DNA of 64,000 nucleotides from Nitrososphaerota archaeon (GCA_011605725.1 JAAOZP010000017.1:352001-416000), one strand, 5' to 3'. Positions 7,512 through 18,159 are shown, counted from the stretch's first letter. Program-made: numbers and translations. Notes: generated by a model not told the origin, from the sequence alone.

Positions 7512-10505
7512 ATGGCTCTTCAAAGTCAAGATGCGTTGAGTGTTAGCGAATCCTTAAACCGGACTCTGCCAAGCACGGAGGAAGTTCTAACCCTGCCTGC
7601 TGAAGCGCTTTTCCCACGCTTTAAAACTTCTCTGAATGGACTCTCCTCTGAAGAAGCAGAAAAACGTCTTGAGGTCTTTGGCTACAATGAGCTAGTCAGG
7701 AGAAAGAGGAGAACAGCAGTAGTCGATTTCCTCTCGCATTTTAAAAGCCCTTTAGTGATTATTCTCCTTTTCGCCGGAATAGCTTCAGGATTTTTTGGAG
7801 AAATTGTAAACGCTATGATCATATTTTCAATAGTGATTTTCAGCATTGTGTTAGACTTTTACCAAGAGAATAAGGCTGAAAGGGCTGCTGAGATGCTTAG
7901 GCAGAGAGTAGCAACCACAGCTACCGTGTTGAGGGATGGTGTTAAAAAGGAGGTGAGGCTTGCGGAAATCGTTCCCGGGGACATCATATATCTTTCTGCC
8001 GGCGATATTGTTCCTGCGGATGCTAGAGTATTAAGAGCCAAAGACTTGTTCGTAGACCAGTCTGCGTTGACTGGCGAATCCCTGCCGGTGGAGAAAGTCT
8101 CTGAGCCGCTTAAATCCTATGACCCAACTATAACTGAGTGGAATAACTATCTTTTCATGGGCACGTCGATTGTCGGCGGGTCTTCAACAGCACTCGTGGT
8201 CAAGACTGGAAGCTTAACTGAATACGGGAGAATTGCAAAGAGGCTTGTTGCGAGAGAGCCTGAAACAGAATTCCAGAGGAGTATCAGAAGCTTCAGCTAC
8301 ATGGTGATGCAGGTAACATTTCTTCTAGTTGTATTCGTATTCTTCATCAACGCCCTCTACATGCGTAGCATCTTGGATTCGCTTCTTTTCGCTGTAGCTC
8401 TAGCTGTCGGCTTAACGCCTGAGCTGCTGCCGATGATAATTTCGATAAACCTCTCTAAGGGAGCTGTCTCAATGGCTAGGAAGGAGGTGATAGTGAAGCG
8501 CCTAGCATCCATACAGAATTTCGGAAGCATGGATGTTCTATGCACGGATAAGACTGGAACATTGACGGAAAACCGGATAAGGCTCGTGCTTTACGTAGAC
8601 CTTAACGGCGACAAGAGTGAGAAGGTTCTACTATACTCCTATCTTAACAGTTATCATCAGACGGGGTTGAAAAACCCTCTTGACGAAGCCATACTGAGAT
8701 TTGGAGAAGTCGACGTTAGCGATTATAGGAAAATCGATGAAATACCGTTTGATTTCGTCCGTAAACGTCTCTCCGTAGTGGTTGAATATCAGAACCAGCG
8801 GTTTATGATTACTAAAGGTGCTCCCGAGGAAGTTTCAAAAATCTGCTCCTACTACGAGGTTGGAAACGTTATAGCAGACATAACGGATGAGGTGCATAGT
8901 AGGATTGAGCAGAAATATTTCGAGCTTAGCGCTGAGGGCTACAGGGTTTTAAGCGTGGCGTATAAACGCTTGAAGGCGGATAAACCAGTATACGATGTGA
9001 GCGATGAGAACGATATGGTTTTTCTAGGCTTCATAGCCTTCCTCGACCCTCCGAAGGAAACAGCCAGGGAAGCACTGCAGCTTTTGAAGAGCGCTTGCAT
9101 AGAGTTGAAAATACTGACTGGCGATAACGAGTTGGTGACTAGAAAAGTCTGCGAATACCTGGGGTTCGAGATTAAAGGGGTCGTCACGGGTGGGGAGATC
9201 GCTCAAATGCATGATGACGCTCTTGCAAGAGTTGTCGAAGAGGCTAATGTCTTCTGCAGGGTCACGCCAGCCCAGAAGGACAGGATAATAAACGCTCTGA
9301 GAAACAATGGGCACGTAGTCGGGTATCTGGGAGACGGTATAAACGACGCGCCTTCGCTGAGAACGGCAGATGTCGGCATATCTGTGGAAAACGCTGTCGA
9401 TATTGCGAAAGAGTCTGCAGACATAATTCTCCTACGGAACGATTTGAGAGTGCTCCACGACGGTGTGTTAGAAGGCAGGAAAACATTCGGCAACACTATG
9501 AAGTATATCATGATGGGCGTGAGCTCAAACTTTGGAAACATGTTTAGTGTCGCTGGAGCATCTTTATTCCTACCGTTTCTCCCTATGCTGCCCATACAAA
9601 TACTGCTCAACAACCTTCTCTACGATTTCTCGCAGTCAGCAATACCTATGGATGAAGTCGACGAAGAGTATGTTGAAAAACCCAAGAGGCTAGACGTAAG
9701 ATTCATCAGAAGGTTCATGGTTTTTCTTGGGCCAGTCAGCTCCCTATTCGATTTCCTAACGTTCTTCATAATGCTCTTCATATTCAACGCTTCCGAACCG
9801 CTTTTCCAAACAGCATGGTTCATCGAATCCCTGTCTTCACAGACCATTGTGATCTTCGCAATTAGAACGAAAAAGTCTCCTTTCTGGAGGAGCAGGCCGA
9901 GCAGAACCTTGCTTTCGAGCAGTATTGCAATAATCGCGCTCGCACTGATACTACCGTATACGCCATTAGGAGAGGTTTTCCGGTTTGCGAAGCTTCCTGC
10001 AACTTTCTTCATAGCCCTGCTTGCGATTCTCGCCGCCTACATGGCTCTAGCGGAAATCGTGAAAAACTGGTTTTACAAGAGGTACGGCTACCTTTTAGAG
10101 CAGACACTGATGCCGCCGAGAAGGATTGGAATCTACCTGAGTAAGACTGCGAGGCTCGTCCAGAACGTTGTAGCAACTATCTGCCTGCGTCCAGAAGATG
10201 AAATGACGGTTGACTCCCTGATAGAAGACTTGGAAAAAATCTTGCCGCCACCCATCAACTATGATCAAATCGGCCACGCTATCCAGTATTTGAGACGCGC
10301 AGGACTTATAAGCTTCAACTGGCGTCAGAGAACGATAAAACGTGAGAAACCGTTGAAAGAATACGTGACTAGACAGTTAATAGCCAGCGAGCTATGGCAG
10401 AAAATAGTTCAAGACTGGTATAGGATCAGTAAAATCGTCTACGAAAGATACCGGAGAATAAACCAGGAGTATCAGGAGCTTCTATCCGGCGAAAAACCAG
10501 AATAA
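7512..10505 (+). CDS. mgtA: Mg2+-translocating P-type ATPase with C-terminal extension
   Basis: TGES, TPELLP, DKTGTLT, GDGINDAP, SSNFGNMFS, FQTAWFIES. Start chosen at ATG 7512 (TTG 7494 also possible). Confidence 0.9.
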   Translation: MALQSQDALSVSESLNRTLPSTEEVLTLPAEALFPRFKTSLNGLSSEEAEKRLEVFGYNELVRRKRRTAVVDFLSHFKSPLVIILLFAGIASGFFGEIVNAMIIFSIVIFSIVLDFYQENKAERAAEMLRQRVATTATVLRDGVKKEVRLAEIVPGDIIYLSAGDIVPADARVLRAKDLFVDQSALTGESLPVEKVSEPLKSYDPTITEWNNYLFMGTSIVGGSSTALVVKTGSLTEYGRIAKRLVAREPETEFQRSIRSFSYMVMQVTFLLVVFVFFINALYMRSILDSLLFAVALAVGLTPELLPMIISINLSKGAVSMARKEVIVKRLASIQNFGSMDVLCTDKTGTLTENRIRLVLYVDLNGDKSEKVLLYSYLNSYHQTGLKNPLDEAILRFGEVDVSDYRKIDEIPFDFVRKRLSVVVEYQNQRFMITKGAPEEVSKICSYYEVGNVIADITDEVHSRIEQKYFELSAEGYRVLSVAYKRLKADKPVYDVSDENDMVFLGFIAFLDPPKETAREALQLLKSACIELKILTGDNELVTRKVCEYLGFEIKGVVTGGEIAQMHDDALARVVEEANVFCRVTPAQKDRIINALRNNGHVVGYLGDGINDAPSLRTADVGISVENAVDIAKESADIILLRNDLRVLHDGVLEGRKTFGNTMKYIMMGVSSNFGNMFSVAGASLFLPFLPMLPIQILLNNLLYDFSQSAIPMDEVDEEYVEKPKRLDVRFIRRFMVFLGPVSSLFDFLTFFIMLFIFNASEPLFQTAWFIESLSSQTIVIFAIRTKKSPFWRSRPSRTLLSSSIAIIALALILPYTPLGEVFRFAKLPATFFIALLAILAAYMALAEIVKNWFYKRYGYLLEQTLMPPRRIGIYLSKTARLVQNVVATICLRPEDEMTVDSLIEDLEKILPPPINYDQIGHAIQYLRRAGLISFNWRQRTIKREKPLKEYVTRQLIASELWQKIVQDWYRISKIVYERYRRINQEYQELLSGEKPE

Positions 10506-10704
10506 TTTCCTCCACACTCTAAAATCATGATGCGCTTAAGCTCCTTGCTCATGCGCCTGTTAAAAAATTAAAGCATTCATGAGGAATGGCGCCGCTACGA
10601 GCACTAGCTTTTAACCATGTTAGGTGGTAATCCAAGACACTCGCGGTCACGGGGCCGAGTAGATAAGCATCTTCTTCTCCGAAAACAACCGGCGCGCGTG
10701 ACTT

Positions 10705-10828
10705 TTGCTTGACTGCAGCTTTCCTGAGCTTGTCGAAATATTGAAAGAGCGTTGGGGAAACATCGGAGTCTCCCGGCGCATGTTTGAACCCCGCATTCCA
10801 GCATTTTCGGAGCCCACGGCTACACTAG
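10705..10828 (+). pseudogene. Degenerate fragment of an EndoQ homologue
   Basis: Aligns by eye to 5477-5601 (cttgtcgaaa..cccggcgcatgtttg.accccgca..cagcattttcgg..cacggctacactag), with an indel and a TGG>TGA change. Confidence 0.8.
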
Positions 10829-10930
10829 CACGTGAGAACTGCTGACTATAAAGCACCAAGGCCATACTTAACCTTGGAGAGACTTTATTTCTAGCTATGA
10901 TGAATTCATGAAGCAACTAAAGTTCATTTT

Positions 10931-10940
10931 AGCACGCGCT
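10931..10940. repeat. Dispersed palindromic motif copy AGCACGCGCT
   Basis: Member of the intergenic AGCGCGCGCT-like family. Confidence 0.6.
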
Positions 10941-10987
10941 TCCACCAAGATTCTGCGCTTCGCAGCATAGGAAGCAACGTGGAGGTC

Positions 10988-12316
10988 CTAAAATCTTTCG
11001 AGCTTTAAGTAAGCCAGCTGCTTAGGCATGTAGTTGATCCTTCTGGGAGAAGGCCTCGTACCGTATTCAATGGTCCTACCTATCGTGTCGAGAAGAGTCT
11101 GCATTAGTTCGCAGCCCCTTATCCTACCGAGTCCGCCGCGCACAGCCTCCCTTTCCGAGAAGACTCTTGTATCGTCTCTCCTCAAGCCTCCTGAGGAGAC
11201 GAGTATTGGAACAGGCTCCCCAGAGTGCATCCCCCTGTCGCAAGGCGTAGTATGGTCGCCTGTCACAACTATCGTTGTGCTGGTCAAAACTGATTCATCT
11301 ATCATCTTTAGATTCTTCCCAAACCGTTGTATAAACTCGTATTTTGCAACAGGATTCTTACTGTGGCTTGCAACATCCGTTCCCTTCAAATGAAGGTATA
11401 CGAAGTCATACTTGTCCAGCAGTTCCAGGGCCTTGCTCAGCTTTCCAGTAATGTTAGTATTGAGAAGACCGTTAGCCCCCTCAACCCTGTAAATATCCAT
11501 GCCTGTGGCACGGCCTATCCCCTTGTATAGCAATCCTGCGGCTACACATGCGGCACTGAGATCCCATTTATCCCTGAAGCTGGTCATCCTTCTTTTAACT
11601 CCTGGGCTTCTCACCAGTATAGCGTTAGCCTCTTGAAGACCCTTCTCAGCCCTAATCCTGTTTAACTCGTGGCGGCTCAGCCTTTTAATCGCCTCCAAGG
11701 TTATGCTGTTAACAAGGTTGGCGAGCCTCTCAGCACCCTCTCTGTCCCTAGCCTCTTCAACAGGCTGACATAGTATAACAGGCTTGCCTTCAGCATGAGG
11801 ATCATTATCAGTAACCTCGTGCGACAATCCTTCGCCTGAAACAACCATGACGAACCTATGTTCAGAGAGAGGCTGAAACCTTACTCTAAACCCTTGGAAC
11901 TCGCCCAGCTCGTCGTTGAGAAAACCGGTTAGTTCCCTCGTCTGCTCGCTTCCTATTCTCCCAGCCCGCCTGTCTACAACCACAGGGTAACCGTTCTCAA
12001 TCCTGACGGTTGCAAGATTACCCCTGAAAGCTATCTCTCCCTCCTCCAGTTCAACACCCTCGCCTAGGGCTTCAATAGGGCCTCTTCCGAAATACTCCTT
12101 CTCAATATCATAGCCGAACATGACTAGGTGTGCAACATCACTGCTGGGTGGAACACCGGGAGCAATAATGTCCATCAGTCCTTGAGAACCGTTTTTCTTA
12201 AGCTTTTTGAAGCTCATTGAATTAGCCTTTTCAAGCGGTGTTAAGCCGTCCAGCTCCCTGTAAGCATGGTCGCCAAGCCCGTCGAGCACTATGAACAGTA
12301 TCCTCTCAGGTTTCAA
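10988..12316 (-). CDS. apgM: 2,3-bisphosphoglycerate-independent phosphoglycerate mutase (archaeal type)
   Basis: LDGLGD, TPLE, SDVAH, GRGPIEALG, AFRGN, DRRAGRI, HLKGTDVASH, TGDHTTP. Confidence 0.9.
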   Translation of the reverse strand: MKPERILFIVLDGLGDHAYRELDGLTPLEKANSMSFKKLKKNGSQGLMDIIAPGVPPSSDVAHLVMFGYDIEKEYFGRGPIEALGEGVELEEGEIAFRGNLATVRIENGYPVVVDRRAGRIGSEQTRELTGFLNDELGEFQGFRVRFQPLSEHRFVMVVSGEGLSHEVTDNDPHAEGKPVILCQPVEEARDREGAERLANLVNSITLEAIKRLSRHELNRIRAEKGLQEANAILVRSPGVKRRMTSFRDKWDLSAACVAAGLLYKGIGRATGMDIYRVEGANGLLNTNITGKLSKALELLDKYDFVYLHLKGTDVASHSKNPVAKYEFIQRFGKNLKMIDESVLTSTTIVVTGDHTTPCDRGMHSGEPVPILVSSGGLRRDDTRVFSEREAVRGGLGRIRGCELMQTLLDTIGRTIEYGTRPSPRRINYMPKQLAYLKLERF

Positions 12317-12370
12317 CCCTCACGATTCATAATGGCGCCGATGTTTAAACTTTGCTTATGAAGCCGGGAG

Positions 12371-12608
12371 TCAGCTCCGGTGGTATAACAATGTTGGCAG
12401 AAACCATGTAAGCATGTTGTGGAAACCAGCATGACTAAGGATGAGAAAATCATGGGAATATTGCGGTAAGCATATGGGAAGAGCAGGATCAGTGTTGAGA
12501 CGCCCTTCGGCAGAAGTAGTATCGCTAAAAATCTCCTGCCGTGTGAGGCAACAATGCCGGTTTTAGAGAAAGCCTCAGTCAGCAGGAAAACTGGAAAACA
12601 TAGATTAT
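12371..12608 (-). pseudogene. 3' remnant of a paralogue of the membrane gene at 15933-16565
   Basis: Shares tcagctc, gcatatg.gaagagcag.atcag and ccggttttagagaa with 15933-16170. Peptide EAFSKTGIVASH vs EAFSKTGLVAVH; frameshifted. Confidence 0.8.
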
Positions 12609-12618
12609 AGCGTGTGCT
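12609..12618. repeat. Dispersed palindromic motif copy AGCGTGTGCT
   Basis: Sits at the truncation point of the adjacent remnant. Confidence 0.6.
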
Positions 12619-12672
12619 GTAGTTGAAAAAACTTTTAAGCCGAGAGAACACTGGGTTTCTAAGGCTTCAGCG

Positions 12673-13152
12673 ATGAAGAAAGCCTATTTTGCCGGAGGAT
12701 GCTTCTGGGGTGTCGAATATTTCTTCAAAAGGGCTAAGGGAGTAGTTTCCACGAGAGTCGGCTACATGGGTGGGAAAAAAGAGAACCCTACTTATGAAGA
12801 AGTCTGCAGTGGAACCACCGGGCACCTGGAGACAGTTGAAGTTGTTTACAGTCCTGAGGAAACAAGCTTCGAAGAGCTAGCAAAGCTGTTCTTTGAAATC
12901 CATGATCCTACTCAGGTTAATCGTCAAGGGCCGGATGTTGGAGAACAGTATCAGTCGGCAATTTTCTACCTGGATGAGGAACAGAAGAAGATTGCTCAAG
13001 ACCTTATTTCTAAACTTGAGAAGAAAGGGTATAGGGTTGCGACGCAGCTTAGAAAGGCTGATATTTTTTGGCCAGCGGAGGAACGCCACCAAGATTATTA
13101 TGGGAAGACAGGTGGAAAGCCCTACTGCCACTTCCACGTTAAGAGGTTTTAG
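12673..13152 (+). CDS. msrA: Peptide-methionine (S)-S-oxide reductase
   Basis: AGGCFWGVE, HDPTQ, QGPDVGEQY, AEERHQDYY. Confidence 0.95.
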   Translation: MKKAYFAGGCFWGVEYFFKRAKGVVSTRVGYMGGKKENPTYEEVCSGTTGHLETVEVVYSPEETSFEELAKLFFEIHDPTQVNRQGPDVGEQYQSAIFYLDEEQKKIAQDLISKLEKKGYRVATQLRKADIFWPAEERHQDYYGKTGGKPYCHFHVKRF

Positions 13153-13249
13153 CATAATGCTCTAACAGTCATGATGGTCACGCTTGGAAAAGTATTTAAA
13201 CAGTTGAACTCGCAACCCTAGCGGCAGGTGAGAGTACACGTGGACGAGC

Positions 13250-14557
13250 ATGGAGAAAAGGACGGTGCGACAGATGAGACTAACCAGCATTTCGCAAAGC
13301 ATCCGAGCCGGTTCATCAATATGCCTCTCCATGCTGAGTGGTTCAGCTAAAAAGACTATCGGTTCTAAGCATGAGTTTACGAGTACGGTAGGACAGTCTT
13401 TAATGACGTACGCGTTTAATGTCTTCGGGATTATTGCCGGTACAATTGTTGCCTATTTCCTAGGAGTTTTTCAAAGCTTCTCCTGGGCTTTTACCATATA
13501 TCCTCCAATTTTAAGTGCCAGAGGGGTCATAGGAGGAGTGTTCTGCAGCCGTCTAAGCACCGGACTACACTTGGGAACAGTGCAGCCAAGCTTCTCTAAG
13601 AATACTAGAGGCTTTTACTTACTACTCCAATCAACCATAGTCTTAACTCTTGAAGCCAGCGTCTTCATAGGGCTGATTGCCGCTGCTTTATTCACCTGGT
13701 TGAAAAACATGTCGACGCTGGAATTTTTCAGAATTTTAATCGTCGTGATGGCTACGATGGCTATAGCCTTGGTTGTTATTTCCCCGCTTGCAACAGCAGT
13801 CTCATTCCTCTCTTTCAAGCATGGTCTAAACCCGGATATCGTATTGTATTCCGTGGAATCCACAGTAGCTGATCTCTTGATCACTCTCATCTACGTTGAA
13901 GTGCTAAACATTTTCGCCTTTAACAATTCTGCTGGCCAATATTTGCTTCTCTTAATAAGCCTAACACTTGTGTCATGCACAATATACTCTATAATCAGAA
14001 ACTACTTTAGAGAGGCGGAGTTCGCAAAAACCATAAAAGAATCTCTTCTTACAATAATCCTAGTCTCCCTCATAATAAACGTAGCGGGGTTGGCCTTCGG
14101 AAGAATATCCGAAATCGTGGAGAAGAGAAGAGAGGTGTACACCGTTTACCCAGCACTAATCGATACGATTGGAGATGTAGGGTTGGTCGTTAGCTCTACA
14201 GCAACGACGAAACTTGCTCTAGGCGCCCTAAAACCCTCATTTTCCTCTATAAAGAATCATGGTTTAGAGGTTTCCAGCGCATGGGTGGCGTCGCTAATAA
14301 TGTATTGCATTTACAGCGTTCTTTCCCTAATGATTCAAGGGATCTTCACCCCCCAGAATTTTCTTTATTTCACTGCTTTACTACTCGTTGCCAACTTAAT
14401 AGCCGCCTCATGCATAATATTAATATCTTATGCGGTTGCAATCCTGACTTACCAAAGGGGGCTTGACCCTGACAATTTCGTGATACCGATTGAAAGCTCC
14501 TTGGCGGACAGCCTAACGTCCATAGCTCTACTTATTTCGCTCTTTATAGTGGGTTAA
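13250..14557 (+). CDS. MgtE/SLC41-type divalent cation transporter (two membrane repeats)
   Basis: SRLSTGLHLG, GLNPD, TTKLALG, GLDPDNFVIPIESSLAD. Start uncertain. Confidence 0.8.
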   Translation: MEKRTVRQMRLTSISQSIRAGSSICLSMLSGSAKKTIGSKHEFTSTVGQSLMTYAFNVFGIIAGTIVAYFLGVFQSFSWAFTIYPPILSARGVIGGVFCSRLSTGLHLGTVQPSFSKNTRGFYLLLQSTIVLTLEASVFIGLIAAALFTWLKNMSTLEFFRILIVVMATMAIALVVISPLATAVSFLSFKHGLNPDIVLYSVESTVADLLITLIYVEVLNIFAFNNSAGQYLLLLISLTLVSCTIYSIIRNYFREAEFAKTIKESLLTIILVSLIINVAGLAFGRISEIVEKRREVYTVYPALIDTIGDVGLVVSSTATTKLALGALKPSFSSIKNHGLEVSSAWVASLIMYCIYSVLSLMIQGIFTPQNFLYFTALLLVANLIAASCIILISYAVAILTYQRGLDPDNFVIPIESSLADSLTSIALLISLFIVG

Positions 14558-14616
14558 TTTTCCAAAAATAAGATTTAAAACGTTCCTGTCATATCTATAT
14601 TAGAGAAAAAACAAAG

Positions 14617-15240
14617 ATGAAATTCGAGAAGATAGAATATAAGCCTAAACCGGTTCGAGAACTACTCTTGGATATGAAAAACCTCTCAGAGCTAATGATA
14701 GATCTAGCATATTCCGCAGCCCTATTCAACGATAAGGAGCTTGCGGAAGAAGTTTTGGAACTCGAGAGAAGGATTGACACACTTGCCTATCAACTGGACA
14801 TGACGATTATGATAGCTGCAAGAGATGCTGAGGATGCTGAAGCTTTAGCAGGAGTTGCAAAAGTAGCGGGGGCGACGGATAAAATATCGGATGCTGTTGC
14901 AGACATCGCAGTGATAGTTAAGGAAGGTATAGGCGTGCATCCCATCGTGATGAAGATTTTTGAAAAAGCCGAGGAGCATATTGCAAGAGTCAAAGTTAAT
15001 GAGAAATCTATAATAGTTGATAAAAAGATCGGTAGACTCAACCTAGCGGCAAGAATGGGCATCAACATAATAGCTATCCGCCGAGGCAAAGATTGGATAG
15101 TGAAGCCGGAGGATGATGAGAAAATCCTGCATGGCGATATTCTTATTGCACGAGGAGCTGCGTCAGGGATTAAAAGGTTCAAGGAGCTTGCAGAAGGGAA
15201 AAATAGGGAGAATGGAGAGCTAGAAAATGCAGCAGGATAG
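14617..15240 (+). CDS. PhoU-like + TrkA-C (RCK-C) domain protein
   Basis: MKNLSELMIDLAYSA..., IIAIRRG, GDILIARG. Confidence 0.85.
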   Translation: MKFEKIEYKPKPVRELLLDMKNLSELMIDLAYSAALFNDKELAEEVLELERRIDTLAYQLDMTIMIAARDAEDAEALAGVAKVAGATDKISDAVADIAVIVKEGIGVHPIVMKIFEKAEEHIARVKVNEKSIIVDKKIGRLNLAARMGINIIAIRRGKDWIVKPEDDEKILHGDILIARGAASGIKRFKELAEGKNRENGELENAAG

Positions 15241-15808
15241 CCATAGGAGCTTTGAAATCGTTGAAAAATTCGTAGAGCTTAAAAACACTTCAGAGCTGAT
15301 GATTGACCTAGCCTATTCTGCACTGCTGCTGAATAGTAAGGAGTTGGCTGAAGAAGTGCAAAGGCTCGAGGAGCATATGGATAAGCTGCACACCGAATAT
15401 GAGATTTCAGTCTTATTAAGCCAGTTTAAAGAGGAGGATGTAAAGGGTATTCTCGGACTCATACGGCTAGGCATTGTCACCGAGGAAATAGCTGATGCAG
15501 CCGCTGAAATAGCTGAAGTAGTCTTGAGGGAGATAGAGCCTCATCCAATTATGAAGCTCGTCATAGAAGAGGCGGATGAAACCGTGACATATACGCATGT
15601 TTCCGAGAACTCGCCACTAGTAGGCAAGACCCTTCGGGAGGCACACATTCCAGAGGAAACCGGGATGCGGGTTCTAGCGATAAAAAGAGGGGAGAAATAC
15701 ATAAGGCCTAAGCCAGACTTGAAGATCGATGCCGGCGACATCTTAATAGCCTCCGGTTATGCTGAGGGGGAGGAAGACCTTAGAAAATTAGCTTCTCCGA
15801 GTAGCTAG
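15227..15808 (+). CDS. PhoU-like + TrkA-C domain protein (paralogue)
   Basis: LKNTSELMIDLAYSA, SPLVGKTL, VLAIKRG, GDILIASG. Confidence 0.85.
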   Translation: MQQDSHRSFEIVEKFVELKNTSELMIDLAYSALLLNSKELAEEVQRLEEHMDKLHTEYEISVLLSQFKEEDVKGILGLIRLGIVTEEIADAAAEIAEVVLREIEPHPIMKLVIEEADETVTYTHVSENSPLVGKTLREAHIPEETGMRVLAIKRGEKYIRPKPDLKIDAGDILIASGYAEGEEDLRKLASPSS

Positions 15809-15932
15809 AATTTAACTCCTTAGAAAAGGTTTGACTGATTGAGCGTCCCGCGAAACTTCGAGAAGTGTTAAAACCGTCTATCCAGCACGAATAGACATAG
15901 TACTAGTGTTTAAACTTTAAGAAAAACGTAAA

Positions 15933-16565
15933 TCAGCTCGAGTAGTAAAGCAGTATTGGCAGGAACCAGGCGAAACAGGCTGTGAAAAACAGTGTGATGA
16001 AAGAGTAGAAAACCATTGGAATACTGCGATATGCATATGAGAAGAGCAGCATCAGCATTGAAGCAATCACCAGTAGAATGAGAATAGTCAACATTGCCCT
16101 GTTGTGCACAGCCACTAAACCGGTTTTAGAGAAGGCTTCTAAAAGAAGGAAGGCTGGAAAAGCATATATCAACCCCACTAGGAAACCGCTTGTTAAAACT
16201 GCTCCTGCTAAGCCTGTTTGAAGATAGAGGGAGAAGCATGTTGAAACCACTATGGCTGCAGGCAGGAGGAGAAGCTTAAGGAAAAACCATCCAGGTAGGC
16301 TTCTCAGGCTTCTCGACAGCTCCTCGTACAACGGTATGAACCATTTGAGAAACTCTGAATCCAGCCCACCCCTGCTTACGGCAGTATCTCTGAAAAAGTA
16401 CAGTTTTTCAACAAGACTATGTAGACCCGCAGCGTCCAAAACATCGCCAAGCACTCCCCGGTCTGCAACATCCTGAACCTGTGCGCACACCCTGTTCAAA
16501 CTCTTAGGGTTAAGCAGGATCAATGCGAAAGCCGAGGCTAACAGTAGCTGTGCTAACCTATCCAT
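15933..16565 (-). CDS. Membrane protein, possibly a degenerate CFI-box-CTERM-like domain
   Basis: Signal-like N-terminus and LYFFRD...F..WF...Y pattern, followed by several TM helices. Confidence 0.55.
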   Translation of the reverse strand: MDRLAQLLLASAFALILLNPKSLNRVCAQVQDVADRGVLGDVLDAAGLHSLVEKLYFFRDTAVSRGGLDSEFLKWFIPLYEELSRSLRSLPGWFFLKLLLLPAAIVVSTCFSLYLQTGLAGAVLTSGFLVGLIYAFPAFLLLEAFSKTGLVAVHNRAMLTILILLVIASMLMLLFSYAYRSIPMVFYSFITLFFTACFAWFLPILLYYSS

Positions 16566-17283
16566 TAGACAGTGATACTACGCATAGCTCTCTTTTTAGT
16601 TTTTCCTGAACGATGCTCAGAAGGCTTAAAAGTTTAAGCGCACAGGCTTATTGAAAGTTAAAACAGCCTTTCTAGACCATGTTGGAAAGCCTACAGAACG
16701 GTTTGTCGAAACACTTTTCAGATCATACTACTCCAGCCGCCTATGCGTAGTGAAAAATATCCTTTTCAACAAAGGTTTATACGTAGTAAAAACAAGAATA
16801 GACTGTAAGCAAGCATAACGGCAGATGGCTGTGCTAGAGAAACTGGCTTAACACCAACATAATCTCCGAGAACCGAGATGCGTGTGACAACCTTTTTTCC
16901 AAGCGTGGCTCGAACGATAGCTAAGTCTCACTGAACTTTTCAAACATACTCCTAGCATGCCTGAAATTATTTTAAAGAAAACTTTTCAATATTTTCTTGC
17001 CCTGACGACGTGCTACTACCATATAAGGCTGTAAAGTTTGCTCTGAAACAACAGTGTGCGCATCCAGAAGAGTTTCTTCAGATTGACGCGCACTGACAAT
17101 AATGAGACATACGGCTTTCTAGCATTAAAAACGCGGAAAACTTCAAGGTGATCTGAGCCCACGCTACATTGGTTTGCAGAATTCAGTAAGTAAACTATTG
17201 TACAGATTGGTCTTTAAATATGATTGTGTCGCCCGTTTACAAAAAAGACGTTATATACGTTTGGCGAAGTGCTAAATGTCGAG

Positions 17284-18159
17284 ATGAGGAAAAACACAGT
17301 CAGCATGTTGATGACGCTTATGCTTGCAACAGTATTAGCCACCAGCCCAGTTTACGCGTACATCTGGGTAGACACGCCGGAGCCTGTTGGAAACGAGCCT
17401 GTTAAACCAGGGATAACCGGATGCGTGTTCTACGATTCTAATGCAAACGGAGTGATGGATGCTGGAGAAACCGTGTTAAGCGGCATACAGGTGGAGCTCT
17501 GGATTGGGGAGGACAGGGTTACGTGGACGACAACCGGCTCTAGCTACTGCTTCTACAGTGTTTGCGGCGAGTATACCGTCAAAGTTGTTTTGCCGCAGAA
17601 CTGGGCCAGTACAACTCCCCCAACAATATCTGTAACAGTAGAATGGGGGGAGACTAGTGGGAACAATAATTTCGGAATCGTGCGCATAGGCTACTACGGC
17701 GGGGGCCATACTCCAGGGTTCTGGAGCAGCAAGAACGGTGAAGACAAGATAAAGGATGAACCTGGTGGAGAATACACGGAGCTTGAAATGTTAGCAGGCT
17801 ATAACTTGAGGACAAAGGACGGTAAACGGTTCGAGCCCAAATCATACTCTGAACTCAGAGCCTGGCTCCTGGACGCGGACTCGACGAACATGGCTTACAT
17901 GCTGTCCGTCAAGCTTGCAGCCATGGTTTTAAGCGTTGAAGCAGGCTTCGTCAAGGGAGACGCGCTGGTCTACGCGCCGGGCGTGAAAACAGGTACGGAT
18001 TTCCTGACAATCAACGAGCTAGTAAAAGATGCAGACTATCAGCTCGGGTTAGACGGGTACACGCCTCAAGGAGATTCTAACAGGGCCTATCAGGAAATTC
18101 TCATGAAGGCGCTGGACGCTGCGAACAATAATCTTAACTTCATCTATCCAGCACCCTAG
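17284..18159 (+). CDS. Secreted protein with SdrD-B-like domain
   Basis: Signal peptide MRKNTVSML..AYI, ITGCVFYDSNANGVMDAGE, NNFG, HTPGFW. Confidence 0.75.
   Translation: MRKNTVSMLMTLMLATVLATSPVYAYIWVDTPEPVGNEPVKPGITGCVFYDSNANGVMDAGETVLSGIQVELWIGEDRVTWTTTGSSYCFYSVCGEYTVKVVLPQNWASTTPPTISVTVEWGETSGNNNFGIVRIGYYGGGHTPGFWSSKNGEDKIKDEPGGEYTELEMLAGYNLRTKDGKRFEPKSYSELRAWLLDADSTNMAYMLSVKLAAMVLSVEAGFVKGDALVYAPGVKTGTDFLTINELVKDADYQLGLDGYTPQGDSNRAYQEILMKALDAANNNLNFIYPAP

Noticed and set aside
16566-17283. ~700-nt gap as a possible ncRNA or CRISPR array
   Set aside because: AT-rich, with no regular repeats or convincing helices seen.
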